Source: an uncultured Modestobacter sp.
GTDB lineage: Bacteria > Actinomycetota > Actinomycetes > Mycobacteriales > Geodermatophilaceae
Direction of reading: 5' to 3'
Length of the DNA: 64,000 bases
Assembly: GCF_947486615.1 (NCBI RefSeq)
Contig: NZ_CANKUD010000007.1
Span: forward strand, 51,769 to 115,768
Part shown: positions 1 through 8,541 of the stretch, piece by piece
How positions within the stretch are numbered: position 1 is the stretch's first letter
How the letters are laid out: each line of letters starts with the position of its first letter
Made by a program: the position numbers and the translations under genes
Notes under the pieces: model-generated
Told to the model about the DNA's origin: nothing
What the model saw: only the letters and a program-made list of their open reading frames with translations
Database searches by the model: none

Positions 1-1
1 G

Positions 2-61
2 ACGAAGGTCGCGCAGCCCACCGCCGCCGACGTCGCCGAGTCGGTGCCGGCCGGCAGCTGA
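2..61 (+). CDS. 3' end of an upstream gene (TKVAQPTAADVAESVPAGS*), possibly the topA tail
   Basis: Open frame 2-61 ending in TGA with high GC3; the topA guess comes only from usual actinomycete synteny upstream of tmk. Confidence 0.35.
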   Translation, partial: TKVAQPTAADVAESVPAGS

Positions 62-81
62 GCAGTCGGGGGACGAGGGCA

Positions 82-828
82 GTGGTGGACGGCTGGCAGC
101 AGCGGCGCACCTCCTTCGGCTCGGTGGCGGCGGACTACGCCGCCCTGCGGCCGGGCTACCCCGCCGACGTGGTGCCGTTCCTCCTCGGGACGGCGCCACG
201 CCGGGTGCTCGACCTGGGCGCCGGCACCGGGCTGCTCACCGAGCGGCTGCTGGCCGCCGGGCACCAGGTGGTCGCGGTCGACCTGTCCGAGCAGATGCTC
301 GACCAGTTGCGGGCCCGGCTGCCGGGGGTCACCGCGGCGGTGGGCGGGGCCGAGGCGGTCCCGCTGCCCGACGGGAACGTCGACGCGGTGGTCGCCGGTC
401 AGGCGGCGCACTGGTTCGACGTCGTCCCGGCCGCCGCCGAGCTGTGCCGGGTGCTGCGCCCGGGCGGGGTGCTCGGACTGGTCTGGAACACCCGGGACGA
501 GCGGGTGCCGTGGGTCGGTGCGCTGGGTGAGCTGCTCGCCGACGAGGCGCGGGACCACGAGGCCGACCAGACGGTGGTGGTCCGGTTCGCCGCCGAGCTG
601 CCCGCCGAGGTCGAGGTCCTCGACTCCGCGGTCACCCAGCTGGTCACCCCGGACCAGGTGGTCGCCGGCATCGGCACCCGCAGCTACGTCGCCACGATGA
701 CCCCGGCACGGCGAGCGGAGTTCCTCGGCCGGGTCGAGCAGCTGCTGGCCACCCACCCCGACACCCGGGGGCGTGCTGAGCTGGAGCTGCCGTACACCAC
801 CCGGGCGTACCGGCTCACCCCGCGCTGA
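82..828 (+). CDS. Class I SAM-dependent methyltransferase
   Basis: Motif I VLDLGAGTG, post-I VVAVDLS, motif DAVVAGQAAHWF. Confidence 0.9.
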   Translation: MVDGWQQRRTSFGSVAADYAALRPGYPADVVPFLLGTAPRRVLDLGAGTGLLTERLLAAGHQVVAVDLSEQMLDQLRARLPGVTAAVGGAEAVPLPDGNVDAVVAGQAAHWFDVVPAAAELCRVLRPGGVLGLVWNTRDERVPWVGALGELLADEARDHEADQTVVVRFAAELPAEVEVLDSAVTQLVTPDQVVAGIGTRSYVATMTPARRAEFLGRVEQLLATHPDTRGRAELELPYTTRAYRLTPR

Positions 829-965
829 GCCCACCCGTCCCCGGCCGGGAGCCGCCGTCCGCCGGACCGAGTGCACGGGCGGGCAGCCGCTGATCGGCCC
901 GACGCGCCGGGCCCGGGCTCCCCGAGCTCCGGAACCGGGCGTTCCCGTCGGCTCTCCCCGGTACG

Positions 966-3386
966 GTGGCCCCGCCGAGACGCGGCCGGACGCACCGGCA
1001 GCACCGACTGCGCAGCCACACCCTGGGGGTCCCGATCAGCTCCGACCCGACGGACCGCCCGACTCCGGGCGGGTCGTCCGACGCCGCCCCGGCGGACGGG
1101 GCGAGCCGTGCCGTGCCCGGCGCCGGTTCGGGTGGCGTCGTCGACGGTGACCCGGGCGGAGCGCCGGCGTCGGTGCCCGCGGACGGGCTCCCGCCGGCCG
1201 GCTCACCCACGCCGGACGGCGCCGGTGTGCCGCTGTCGGAGTCGCCGGACGGCGGGGCTGGCGAGGACCGGTCCGGCGCTGACGAGGACGAGCACCCCGG
1301 CGCGGGGGCGGTGAGCCAGGTCGCCAAGATCCGCGCGGTGCTGCGGGTCCGGGACTTCCGCAAGCTCTGGCTGTCCACGGCGCTGTCCAGCTTCGGTGAC
1401 TGGCTCGGCCTGCTGGCGATCACCTTCACGGCGTACTCGCTGGTCGACGGCTACGCGGCCAACTTCGCCCTCGGCGGTGTGCTGGCGTTCCGGCTGCTGC
1501 CGGCGATCCTGCTCGGGCCGGTCGCCGGCGCGTTCGCCGACCGGTTCGACCGGCGCAAGACGATGGTCGTCTCCGACCTCCTGCGGTTCGTGCTGTTCGC
1601 CTCGATCCCGCTGGTCGGCGAGCTGTGGTGGCTCTTCGTCGCCCAGTTCCTCATCGAGGCGATCAGCCTGTTCTGGATCCCGGCCAAGGACGCCGCGGTC
1701 CCGAACATGATCCGCCGCGACCAGCTCGAGCCGGCCAACCAGCTGTCGCTGGTCACCACCTACGGGTTCACGCCCGTGCTGGCCGCGGCGGTGTTCGCCG
1801 TGCTGACCGCCGCCGACGGGCTGGGCCAGATGATCCCCGGGCTCGACGAGGCCGACCTCGCCCTCTACCTCAACGCGGTCACCTTCTTGGTCGCAGCTGT
1901 GGTGATCTGGAACCTGCCCTCGATCAGCGGCCGGAGAGCCGCCCGGACGGCGGTCACCGGCGACAGCTTCCTGCAGTCGCTGCGCGAGGGGTTCTCCTTC
2001 GCCGGGCACACCCCGCTGGTCCGCGGCCTGGTCGTCGGCATCACCGGCGCGTTCGTCGCCGCCGGGGTGGTCATCGCCACCGCGCAGGCGTTCGTGGTGT
2101 CCATGGGGGGCGGCGCGGCGGCCTACGCGCTGCTGTTCGGTGCGGTCTTCGTCGGCCTGGGGCTCGGCATCGCACTGGGGCCCAGCGTGGCCCGCGACCT
2201 GTCCCGGGAGCGGTTGTTCGGGGTGGCGATCGTCGGGGCCGGTGCCGCCCTGCTGCTGCTGGTCTGGACGTTCACCCTGTGGCTGGCGCTGGTCCTCGTC
2301 ATCGGGATGGGCTTCTTCGCCGGCATCGCCTACCTGGCCGGCTTCACCCTGCTGGGCACCGAGGTCGACGACGAGCTCCGCGGCCGCACGTTCGCGCTGG
2401 TCCAGTCGCTGGTGCGGGCCGCGCTGATCCTCTCCCTGGCGGTCGCGCCGTTCGGGGTCGGGCTGATCGCCCGGCACACGATCGACCTGGGCCCGGTGGC
2501 GTTCACGATCACCGGGGAGCGACTGATGCTCGGCATCGCCGGGCTGCTCGCCGTCGGCGTCGGCGTGCTGGCCTACCGCCAGATGGACGACGGCCGGCCC
2601 GTGCCGCTCGTCGCCGACGTGGTGACCGCGCTGCGCCGGGACACCACCGCCCGACGCCGGCTCGCCGGCGGCGGGGTGTTCATCGCCTTCGAGGGCGGCG
2701 AGGGCGCCGGCAAGTCCACCCAGGTGCGGCGGCTGCAGGAGTGGCTCACCGAGGAGGGGCTGGTCGCCCGCACCACCCGGGAACCCGGCGGGACGGCCCT
2801 GGGCGGCAAGATCCGCGGGCTGCTGCTCGACCCGGCCAGCGCGGGGCTCTCCCCGCGAGCCGAGGCGCTGATGTACGCCGCCGACCGCGCGCAGCACGTG
2901 CACGACGTGCTGCGCCCCGCGCTGGACACCGGCGAGGTCGTCATCACCGACCGGTTCGTCGACAGCTCGCTGGCCTACCAGGGCGCCGGCCGCACCATCC
3001 CGATGGACGACGTCCGGTCGATCTCCCGCTGGGCGACCCAGGGCCTGCAGCCCGACCTCACCCTGCTCCTGGACCTGCCCCCCGAGGTCGGACTGGCCCG
3101 GGCCCGCGGGCGGGCCGCTGCCGACCGGCTGGAGTCGGAGTCGCTGGACTTCCACCAGCGGGTCCGCCGCACCTTCCTCGCCCTGGCCGAGGCCCAGCCC
3201 GACCGCTACCTGGTGCTCGACGCCCGCCGCTCGCCGGACGAGCTCGCCGCGGCCATCCGCACCCGGGTGAGCGTGCTGCTGGACGGGCTGCCGCTGCAGC
3301 AGCTCCCGGCCGGCGTCCCGGCGCCGCGCGGCCGGCGCGGCGACCACGCCGTCCAGACCGGCCCGACCCCCCAGTTGCACCCTTGA
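966..3386 (+). CDS. tmk: MFS transporter fused to thymidylate (dTMP) kinase; start uncertain
   Basis: About 12 hydrophobic segments with MFS motif A (GAFADRFDRRK), then FIAFEGGEGAGKST P-loop, TREPGG and DRFVDSSLAYQG Tmk motifs; upstream of holB. Confidence 0.9.
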   Translation: MAPPRRGRTHRQHRLRSHTLGVPISSDPTDRPTPGGSSDAAPADGASRAVPGAGSGGVVDGDPGGAPASVPADGLPPAGSPTPDGAGVPLSESPDGGAGEDRSGADEDEHPGAGAVSQVAKIRAVLRVRDFRKLWLSTALSSFGDWLGLLAITFTAYSLVDGYAANFALGGVLAFRLLPAILLGPVAGAFADRFDRRKTMVVSDLLRFVLFASIPLVGELWWLFVAQFLIEAISLFWIPAKDAAVPNMIRRDQLEPANQLSLVTTYGFTPVLAAAVFAVLTAADGLGQMIPGLDEADLALYLNAVTFLVAAVVIWNLPSISGRRAARTAVTGDSFLQSLREGFSFAGHTPLVRGLVVGITGAFVAAGVVIATAQAFVVSMGGGAAAYALLFGAVFVGLGLGIALGPSVARDLSRERLFGVAIVGAGAALLLLVWTFTLWLALVLVIGMGFFAGIAYLAGFTLLGTEVDDELRGRTFALVQSLVRAALILSLAVAPFGVGLIARHTIDLGPVAFTITGERLMLGIAGLLAVGVGVLAYRQMDDGRPVPLVADVVTALRRDTTARRRLAGGGVFIAFEGGEGAGKSTQVRRLQEWLTEEGLVARTTREPGGTALGGKIRGLLLDPASAGLSPRAEALMYAADRAQHVHDVLRPALDTGEVVITDRFVDSSLAYQGAGRTIPMDDVRSISRWATQGLQPDLTLLLDLPPEVGLARARGRAAADRLESESLDFHQRVRRTFLALAEAQPDRYLVLDARRSPDELAAAIRTRVSVLLDGLPLQQLPAGVPAPRGRRGDHAVQTGPTPQLHP

Positions 3387-3400
3387 GCGAGAGTGGAGCG

Positions 3401-4603
3401 GTGACCACCGCAGTGCCCGAGGTCGGCCCGGCGCCCGGGGTGTGGGCCGACGTCGTCGGGCAGCCCGCCGTTGTCGCCGAGCTGCAGGCCGCGGTCGCGC
3501 AGCCGGCCTCGATGACCCACGCCTGGCTGTTCACCGGGCCGCCCGGGTCCGGCCGGTCGGTCGCCGCCCGGGCCTTCGCCGCGGCGCTGCAGTGCCCGGC
3601 CGGCGGCGACGGCAGCTGTCACGAGTGCCGCACCGTGCTGGCCGGCAGCCACGCCGACGTGCACCGCGTCGTCCCCGAGGGCCTGTCGATCGGGGTCGCG
3701 GAGGTGCGGCAGATCGTCCGTACCGCCGGCCGGGCGCCGTCGCAGGGGCGCTGGCAGATCGTGGTCGTCGAGGACGCCGACCGGATGACCGAGCAGGCCT
3801 CGAACACCGTGCTCAAGATGCTGGAGGAGCCGCCGCCGCGCACGGTGTTCCTGCTCTGCGCCCCGTCGCTGCACCCGGACGACGTGCCGGTGACCATCCG
3901 GTCCCGCTGCCGCGTCGTGCCGCTGCGCACCCCGCGGATCGAGGCCGTCGCCGAGGTGCTGGTGCGCCGGGACGGCATCGACCCGGCGCTGGCCGCCTGG
4001 TCGGCCGCAGCCGCCGGGGGACACGTCGGCCGGGCCCGGCACCTGGCCCGGGACGAGGCGGCCCGGCTGTCCCGCAAGGCGGTGCTGGACATCCCGCTCT
4101 CTCTGGTCTCGCTGGCCGCCTGCCTCAACGCCGCGGACGACCTGGTCGCCGCGGCCAAGGACGAGTCGGACAAGACGTCGGCCGAGGTCGACGCCGTCGA
4201 GACCGACGCGGTGAAGGCCAGCCTCGGTGTCGGCGCGCGGGGCCCGGGCGTCGCTGCCGCCAGCCGCGGTGCCGGCCAGCTCAAGGAGCTGGAGAAGCGG
4301 CAGAAGTCCCGGGCCACCCGACTGGGCCGCGACTCCCTAGACCGGGCGCTGGTGGACCTGGCGGCGCTGTACCGGGATGCGCTGGTGGTCAGTGCGGCGG
4401 CCGGCGCGGCGGGGGAGCTCACCGTGCCGCTGGCGCACCCCGACCGCCGGTCCGACGCGGTCGAGCTGGCCCGCCGGATCGGCGCGGAGGGCGCGCTGCG
4501 CCGGATCGACGCCGTGCTGGCCGCCCGCACCGCGCTGGAGCAGAACGTGAAGCCGCAGATCGCGGTGGAGGCGCTCACCGTGGCGCTGCGACTGCCCTCC
4601 TGA
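3401..4603 (+). CDS. holB: DNA polymerase III subunit delta-prime
   Basis: HAWLFTGPPGSGRS, Zn-binding CxxC region, KMLEEPP, TIRSRC motifs; GTG at 3401 after GGAG. Confidence 0.9.
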   Translation: MTTAVPEVGPAPGVWADVVGQPAVVAELQAAVAQPASMTHAWLFTGPPGSGRSVAARAFAAALQCPAGGDGSCHECRTVLAGSHADVHRVVPEGLSIGVAEVRQIVRTAGRAPSQGRWQIVVVEDADRMTEQASNTVLKMLEEPPPRTVFLLCAPSLHPDDVPVTIRSRCRVVPLRTPRIEAVAEVLVRRDGIDPALAAWSAAAAGGHVGRARHLARDEAARLSRKAVLDIPLSLVSLAACLNAADDLVAAAKDESDKTSAEVDAVETDAVKASLGVGARGPGVAAASRGAGQLKELEKRQKSRATRLGRDSLDRALVDLAALYRDALVVSAAAGAAGELTVPLAHPDRRSDAVELARRIGAEGALRRIDAVLAARTALEQNVKPQIAVEALTVALRLPS

Positions 4604-4661
4604 CGCGCCGGGGGGCTCGCAGGGCCGCGGCGGCGGTGCCGTAAGCTCACCCGCGCAGTCC

Positions 4662-4734
4662 GCCGCCTTAGCTCAGTCGGTAGAGCATCTCACTCGTAAT
4701 GAGAAGGTCGTCGGTTCGATTCCGACAGGCGGCT
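4662..4734 (+). tRNA. tRNA-Thr(CGT)
   Basis: Cloverleaf GCCGCCT/AGGCGGC acceptor, TCTCA-CTCGTAA-TGAGA anticodon arm, GTCGG-TTCGATT-CCGAC T arm; CCA not encoded. Confidence 0.97.
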
Positions 4735-4806
4735 CTCCTCCAGCCTCCCCAGCCAACCCCGGGTGCACTGCCCCGCGGTCGCGGCGTCCCGGTCCGGACA
4801 TGCGGA

Positions 4807-4840
4807 ACGGCGGCACGCCCCCGGAGGGGCGCGCCGCCGT
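4807..4840. terminator. Hairpin between convergent tRNA-Thr and ppa
   Basis: acggcggcacgcccc / ggggcgcgccgccgt inverted repeat. Confidence 0.6.
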
Positions 4841-4873
4841 CTGGGTCGGTGCGTGTTCGGCGGGTCGCCGGGG

Positions 4874-5365
4874 TCAGTGGAGCGGGGTGTCCAGGGCGCG
4901 CTGGCGGGAGGCCTCGATCTCGGCCTCGGCCTCGGCGCGGCCCACCCACTCGGCGCCCTCGACCGACTTGCCCGGCTCGAGGTCCTTGTAGGTCTCGAAG
5001 AAGTGCTGGATCTCCAGCCGGTCGAACTCCGAGACGTCGTTGATGTCCTGCAGGTGCGCAACCCGCGGGTCGGTGGCCGGAACGGTGAGGACCTTGTCGT
5101 CCCCGCCCTTCTCGTCGGTCATCCGGAACATCCCGATCGCCCGGCAGGTGATGAGACACCCGGGGAAGGTCGGCTCCTCCAGCAGGACGAGTGCGTCCAA
5201 GGGGTCACCGTCCATCCCGAGCGTCTCCTCGATGTACCCGTAGTCCGCGGGATACCGGGTCGAGGTGAACAGCATCCGGTCCAGGCGGATGCGTCCGGTG
5301 GCGTGGTCCAGCTCGTACTTGTTCCGCTGGCCCTTGGGGATCTCTACCGTCACGTCGAACTGCAC
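4874..5365 (-). CDS. ppa: Inorganic pyrophosphatase (family I)
   Basis: [29 protein letters not shown] motifs. Confidence 0.97.
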   Translation of the reverse strand: MQFDVTVEIPKGQRNKYELDHATGRIRLDRMLFTSTRYPADYGYIEETLGMDGDPLDALVLLEEPTFPGCLITCRAIGMFRMTDEKGGDDKVLTVPATDPRVAHLQDINDVSEFDRLEIQHFFETYKDLEPGKSVEGAEWVGRAEAEAEIEASRQRALDTPLH

Positions 5366-5419
5366 GCCGATAGTGTGTCCTACGACTGGCCGTCGCGTCG
5401 GCGGAGGTCACCCCGGGGG

Positions 5420-8400
5420 GTGGGAGAGATCGCGTCGAGTCCGCGCGAGGGGTCGTCCGAAGACCAGGCAGGCGAGGCCGGACAGGCCTCCGCCGGGGCG
5501 CCGGACGAGGGAGCCGCCCCCGCTCAGCTGCCGTCCGAGGGCCAGCCGGACCCGGTGGCACCAGTGACTGGTGAGGACGGCGCGGCGGCTGGGGCGACGG
5601 CCCCGAACTCACAGGGAACGCCCTCGGCCACCAGCGCCGCCGATGCGCCCGTGGACGAGCCGGCCGCAGAGGCACAGCCGGCAGCGGCGGCGCCGGACGA
5701 GTCGGACGTCGCAGCGCAACCGGCGGCCGTGGACCCGGCGCCTCCGGCTGAGCCGGCCAGCCCGGCGGAGTCGGTCGCCGAGGAGGCGACGGACCTGCCG
5801 GCGGGCGAGGAGCCCGTGATGGCTGCGACCGCCGACTCGAGCGCGGCACCGGACGTGCCGACCGCCGCGCCAGCGGGAGCCCCGCAGGCGCCGGAGGTCG
5901 TCGCACGTCCCCAGACACCTGGGACCGCGACGGCGCCGACTCCGTCCGACGACGCGACAGAGCCCGCAGGTGCGTCCATCCCGGACAACGGGGAGCAGTC
6001 CGACGTCGCGGCCGCCTCCAGCACGACCGTGACTCCGGACCCCAGCGGGGCCCTGGTTCGCGAGGAGGCCCTGGCGGACAGCGAGGCCCCTGCCGACGGC
6101 GAGGCCCCGACGGACGGCGAGGCGCCGGAACCCGAGGGCGCCACGGCGGATGGCGTTGCCCCCGAACACGGCGTTGCCCCCGAACAGGGCGTTGTATCGG
6201 ACGGCGTTGCACCGGACGGCGGAGTGATCCCGGACGACGGCGGGACGTCGGACGCAGCGGCAGCTGCCGCGACCCCGTCCGGCGCAGCGGTGGGCACCCC
6301 GGACCAGGACGACCCGGTCGACGACCCGGCCACGGCCGCTGCGGCCGCCGCCGAGCAGGCCGCGGCGGCCCAGGCTGCCGCGGACCTGGCCGCGGTCAAG
6401 GAGTGGGCCGCGCAGCGCGCTGCCGCCGAGCAGGCGGCGGCCGCCCAGGCAGAGGCCGACCGCCAAGCCGCCGAGCAGCTGGCCGCGGACGAGGCGGCGG
6501 CCGAGCGCGCCGCCGCCGAGCAGGCCGCCGCAGACCTGGCCGCCGTCCGGGAGTGGGCCGCGCAGCGTGCCGCTGCCGAGCAGGCAGCCGCGGAGCAGGC
6601 CGCGGCGGCAGCCGCCACCGAGGCTGCCGAGCGGGCCGCGGCAGAGCAGGCGGAGGCCGACCGCCTGGCGGTCGAGCGCGCCGCCTTCGACCAGGCAGAG
6701 GCCCAGCGGGCGGCCGCGGCCGAGCAGATGGCCGCCGAGCGGGCCGCGGTCGCCGCACAGATCGCGGCGGAGCGGGCGGCCGCGGAGCGCGAGGCGTCGG
6801 AGCAGGCCGCCGCAGCCGAACGCGCGGCCATCGAGCGGGCCGCGGCGGAGCGGGCGGCTCAGCAGGCGGCGATCGAGCGCGCCACGGCCCAGCAGGCAGC
6901 GGCGGAACGGTCACCCGTCGAGCGCGCGGCGATGGAGCAGCAGGCGGCCCCGCCGCGCCCCGTCCCCGGTCGCCGGCGGGCGGGTGCCGAGGCCTCGGCA
7001 CCGGCCGCGGAGGAGGCCCGGTCCCGGGCAGACCGCGGGCGGGCGGGCGCCACGGCCGTCGGTGCCCCGGCAGAGCCCGGGTCCGGGCGCCGGCTCACCA
7101 AGGTGCTCGTCGCCGCCGTCCTGGCGCTGGTGCTCGTCGCGGCCGGCGTGGTGCTGGCCATCCAGCTGACCGGGGGAACCAGCGACCCGGGCGTCGCAGC
7201 GGACGCCGAGCAGGTGCCCGACGCCGTGCTGCCCGAGCTCAGCGACCCCGCCCCGGTGCTGGCCGCGCTGTCGGCCGAGGCGCCGGTGCCCGACCCGGCT
7301 GCGCTGGCTGCGGTGCTCGACCCCCTGCTCGATGCGCCCGCGCTGGGCAGTGGCCTCTCCGCCCAGGTGGTGGACGTCGCCACCGGCACGGTCCTGCTCG
7401 AGCGCGACGCCACCGACCCGGGCACGCCGGCCTCGACGACCAAGCTGCTGACCGCGCTGGCCGCGGTGACCACGCTGGGCCCGACCGAGCGGATCGACAC
7501 GACCGTCGTGGCCGGCAGCGCGCCGGGGGAGGTGGTGCTCGTCGGTGGCGGGGACCCGACGCTGTCCACGACCGCGCCCTCGGTCGACTACCCGGGTGCC
7601 GCGACCGTGGCCGACCTCGCCGCCCAGGTGCAGCAGGCGCTCGCCGGGCAGCCCGTGACCGGCGTGGTGGTGGACAACTCGCTGTTCACCGGCCCGCTGA
7701 CCGCCACCGGCTGGGGGGAGGGCGACGCGCCCTCGACCTACGCGGCACCGGTCACCGCCACCGCCGTGGACGGCGCCCGGGTCACCCCGGGCCAGACGCA
7801 GCGCAGCGGCCAGCCGGGCACCGACGCCGGCCGCGCCCTCGCCACGGCGCTCGGGGTGCCCGACGCCCCGGTCGCCCTCGGCGCCGCCCCGGCCGGGGCC
7901 CGCACCCTGGGCACGGTGCAGTCCGCGCCGGTCGGTCGGCTGGTGGAGCAGGCGCTCACCGCGTCCGACAACCTGCTGGCCGAGACCCTGGCACGGCACG
8001 TGGCCATGGCCCGGGGGCTGCCGGCCACCTTCGACGGTGCGGGCGCCGCGGTGACCGCGGCGCTGGCCGAGGCGGGGCTGGACACGACGGGGCTGAGCCT
8101 CACCGACGCCAGCGGGCTCTCCCGGGACGACCGGGCGCCGGCCCGGCTGCTGGTCGACGTCCTGCAGGCGGCGGCGGACGGCAGCATCCCGGAGGCCGAC
8201 GTGCTGCTCTCCGGCCTCCCGGTGGCCGGCTACGACGGCACCCTGGCCGAGCGGGTGGCCGCCGGGGCGGGCACGCCCGGTGCAGTGCGGGCCAAGACCG
8301 GCACCCTGCAGAGCGTGAACGACCTGGCCGGCACGGTGCAGACGGCCGACGGCCGGCTGCTGGCCTTCTCCGTGCTGGCCGACGGCACCGCCGGGAGCAT

Positions 8401-8464
8401 CGGCGCCGCCGAGGACGCGCTCGACGAGGTGGCCGCCGCGCTGGCCGCCTGCGGCTGCCGCTGA
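5420..8464 (+). CDS. dacB: D-Ala-D-Ala carboxypeptidase/endopeptidase (peptidase S13, PBP4-like) with ~550 aa N-terminal extension
   Basis: SxxK (ASTTK), SxN (SDN) and KTG motifs after a TM helix at ~7093-7175; GTG 5420 follows GGAGG at 5403-5407; ppa-dacB-tilS synteny. Track ORF start 4763 overlaps ppa and is rejected. Confidence 0.85.
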   Translation: MGEIASSPREGSSEDQAGEAGQASAGAPDEGAAPAQLPSEGQPDPVAPVTGEDGAAAGATAPNSQGTPSATSAADAPVDEPAAEAQPAAAAPDESDVAAQPAAVDPAPPAEPASPAESVAEEATDLPAGEEPVMAATADSSAAPDVPTAAPAGAPQAPEVVARPQTPGTATAPTPSDDATEPAGASIPDNGEQSDVAAASSTTVTPDPSGALVREEALADSEAPADGEAPTDGEAPEPEGATADGVAPEHGVAPEQGVVSDGVAPDGGVIPDDGGTSDAAAAAATPSGAAVGTPDQDDPVDDPATAAAAAAEQAAAAQAAADLAAVKEWAAQRAAAEQAAAAQAEADRQAAEQLAADEAAAERAAAEQAAADLAAVREWAAQRAAAEQAAAEQAAAAAATEAAERAAAEQAEADRLAVERAAFDQAEAQRAAAAEQMAAERAAVAAQIAAERAAAEREASEQAAAAERAAIERAAAERAAQQAAIERATAQQAAAERSPVERAAMEQQAAPPRPVPGRRRAGAEASAPAAEEARSRADRGRAGATAVGAPAEPGSGRRLTKVLVAAVLALVLVAAGVVLAIQLTGGTSDPGVAADAEQVPDAVLPELSDPAPVLAALSAEAPVPDPAALAAVLDPLLDAPALGSGLSAQVVDVATGTVLLERDATDPGTPASTTKLLTALAAVTTLGPTERIDTTVVAGSAPGEVVLVGGGDPTLSTTAPSVDYPGAATVADLAAQVQQALAGQPVTGVVVDNSLFTGPLTATGWGEGDAPSTYAAPVTATAVDGARVTPGQTQRSGQPGTDAGRALATALGVPDAPVALGAAPAGARTLGTVQSAPVGRLVEQALTASDNLLAETLARHVAMARGLPATFDGAGAAVTAALAEAGLDTTGLSLTDASGLSRDDRAPARLLVDVLQAAADGSIPEADVLLSGLPVAGYDGTLAERVAAGAGTPGAVRAKTGTLQSVNDLAGTVQTADGRLLAFSVLADGTAGSIGAAEDALDEVAAALAACGCR
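6079..6240 (+). repeat. Degenerate 15-18 bp tandem repeats (EAPADG/EAPTDG; GVAPEH/GVAPEQ/GVVSD/GVAPD)
   Basis: ggcgttgcccccgaaca repeated directly; gaggcccc..gacggc repeated. Confidence 0.75.
6340..6950 (+). repeat. Ala/Glu/Gln/Arg helical repeats (AAAEQ/AAAER) including a duplicated ADLAAV(K/R)EWAAQRAAAEQAAA unit
   Basis: Direct translation; near-identical DNA units at ~6378-6445 and ~6528-6595. Confidence 0.85.
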
Positions 8465-8506
8465 GGCCCCGTCCCGAGGCTCGGGGCGGGCCCCTGCAGC
8501 AGGGCC
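8465..8506. repeat. Partial/chimeric copy of the dispersed palindromic element
   Basis: ggccccgtcc end as in copies at 27007 and 63331, joined to gctcggggcgggcccctgcagcagggcc resembling the far half of the 23645/53588 copies; directly after the dacB stop. Confidence 0.55.
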
Positions 8507-8541
8507 GGACGGCCGACGGTGCCGCCGCGTACGGTCGGGCC

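Noticed and set aside
1625-3400. Apparent 992 aa HolB with a long N-terminal extension
   Set aside because: Upstream part is an Arg/Pro-rich alternative frame of tmk; HolB starts at 3401
4662-4873. tRNA-Thr(CGT) as an integration site
   Set aside because: No integrase and no duplicated tRNA 3' end seen in the window; flanking genes are core
4763-5419. 5' part of the 1233 aa track ORF
   Set aside because: Overlaps ppa on the opposite strand; DacB more plausibly starts at GTG 5420
6403-8541. Apparent 1076 aa metalloprotease fusion
   Set aside because: Alternative frame of dacB; real start is ATG 8542 with its own -10 hexamer
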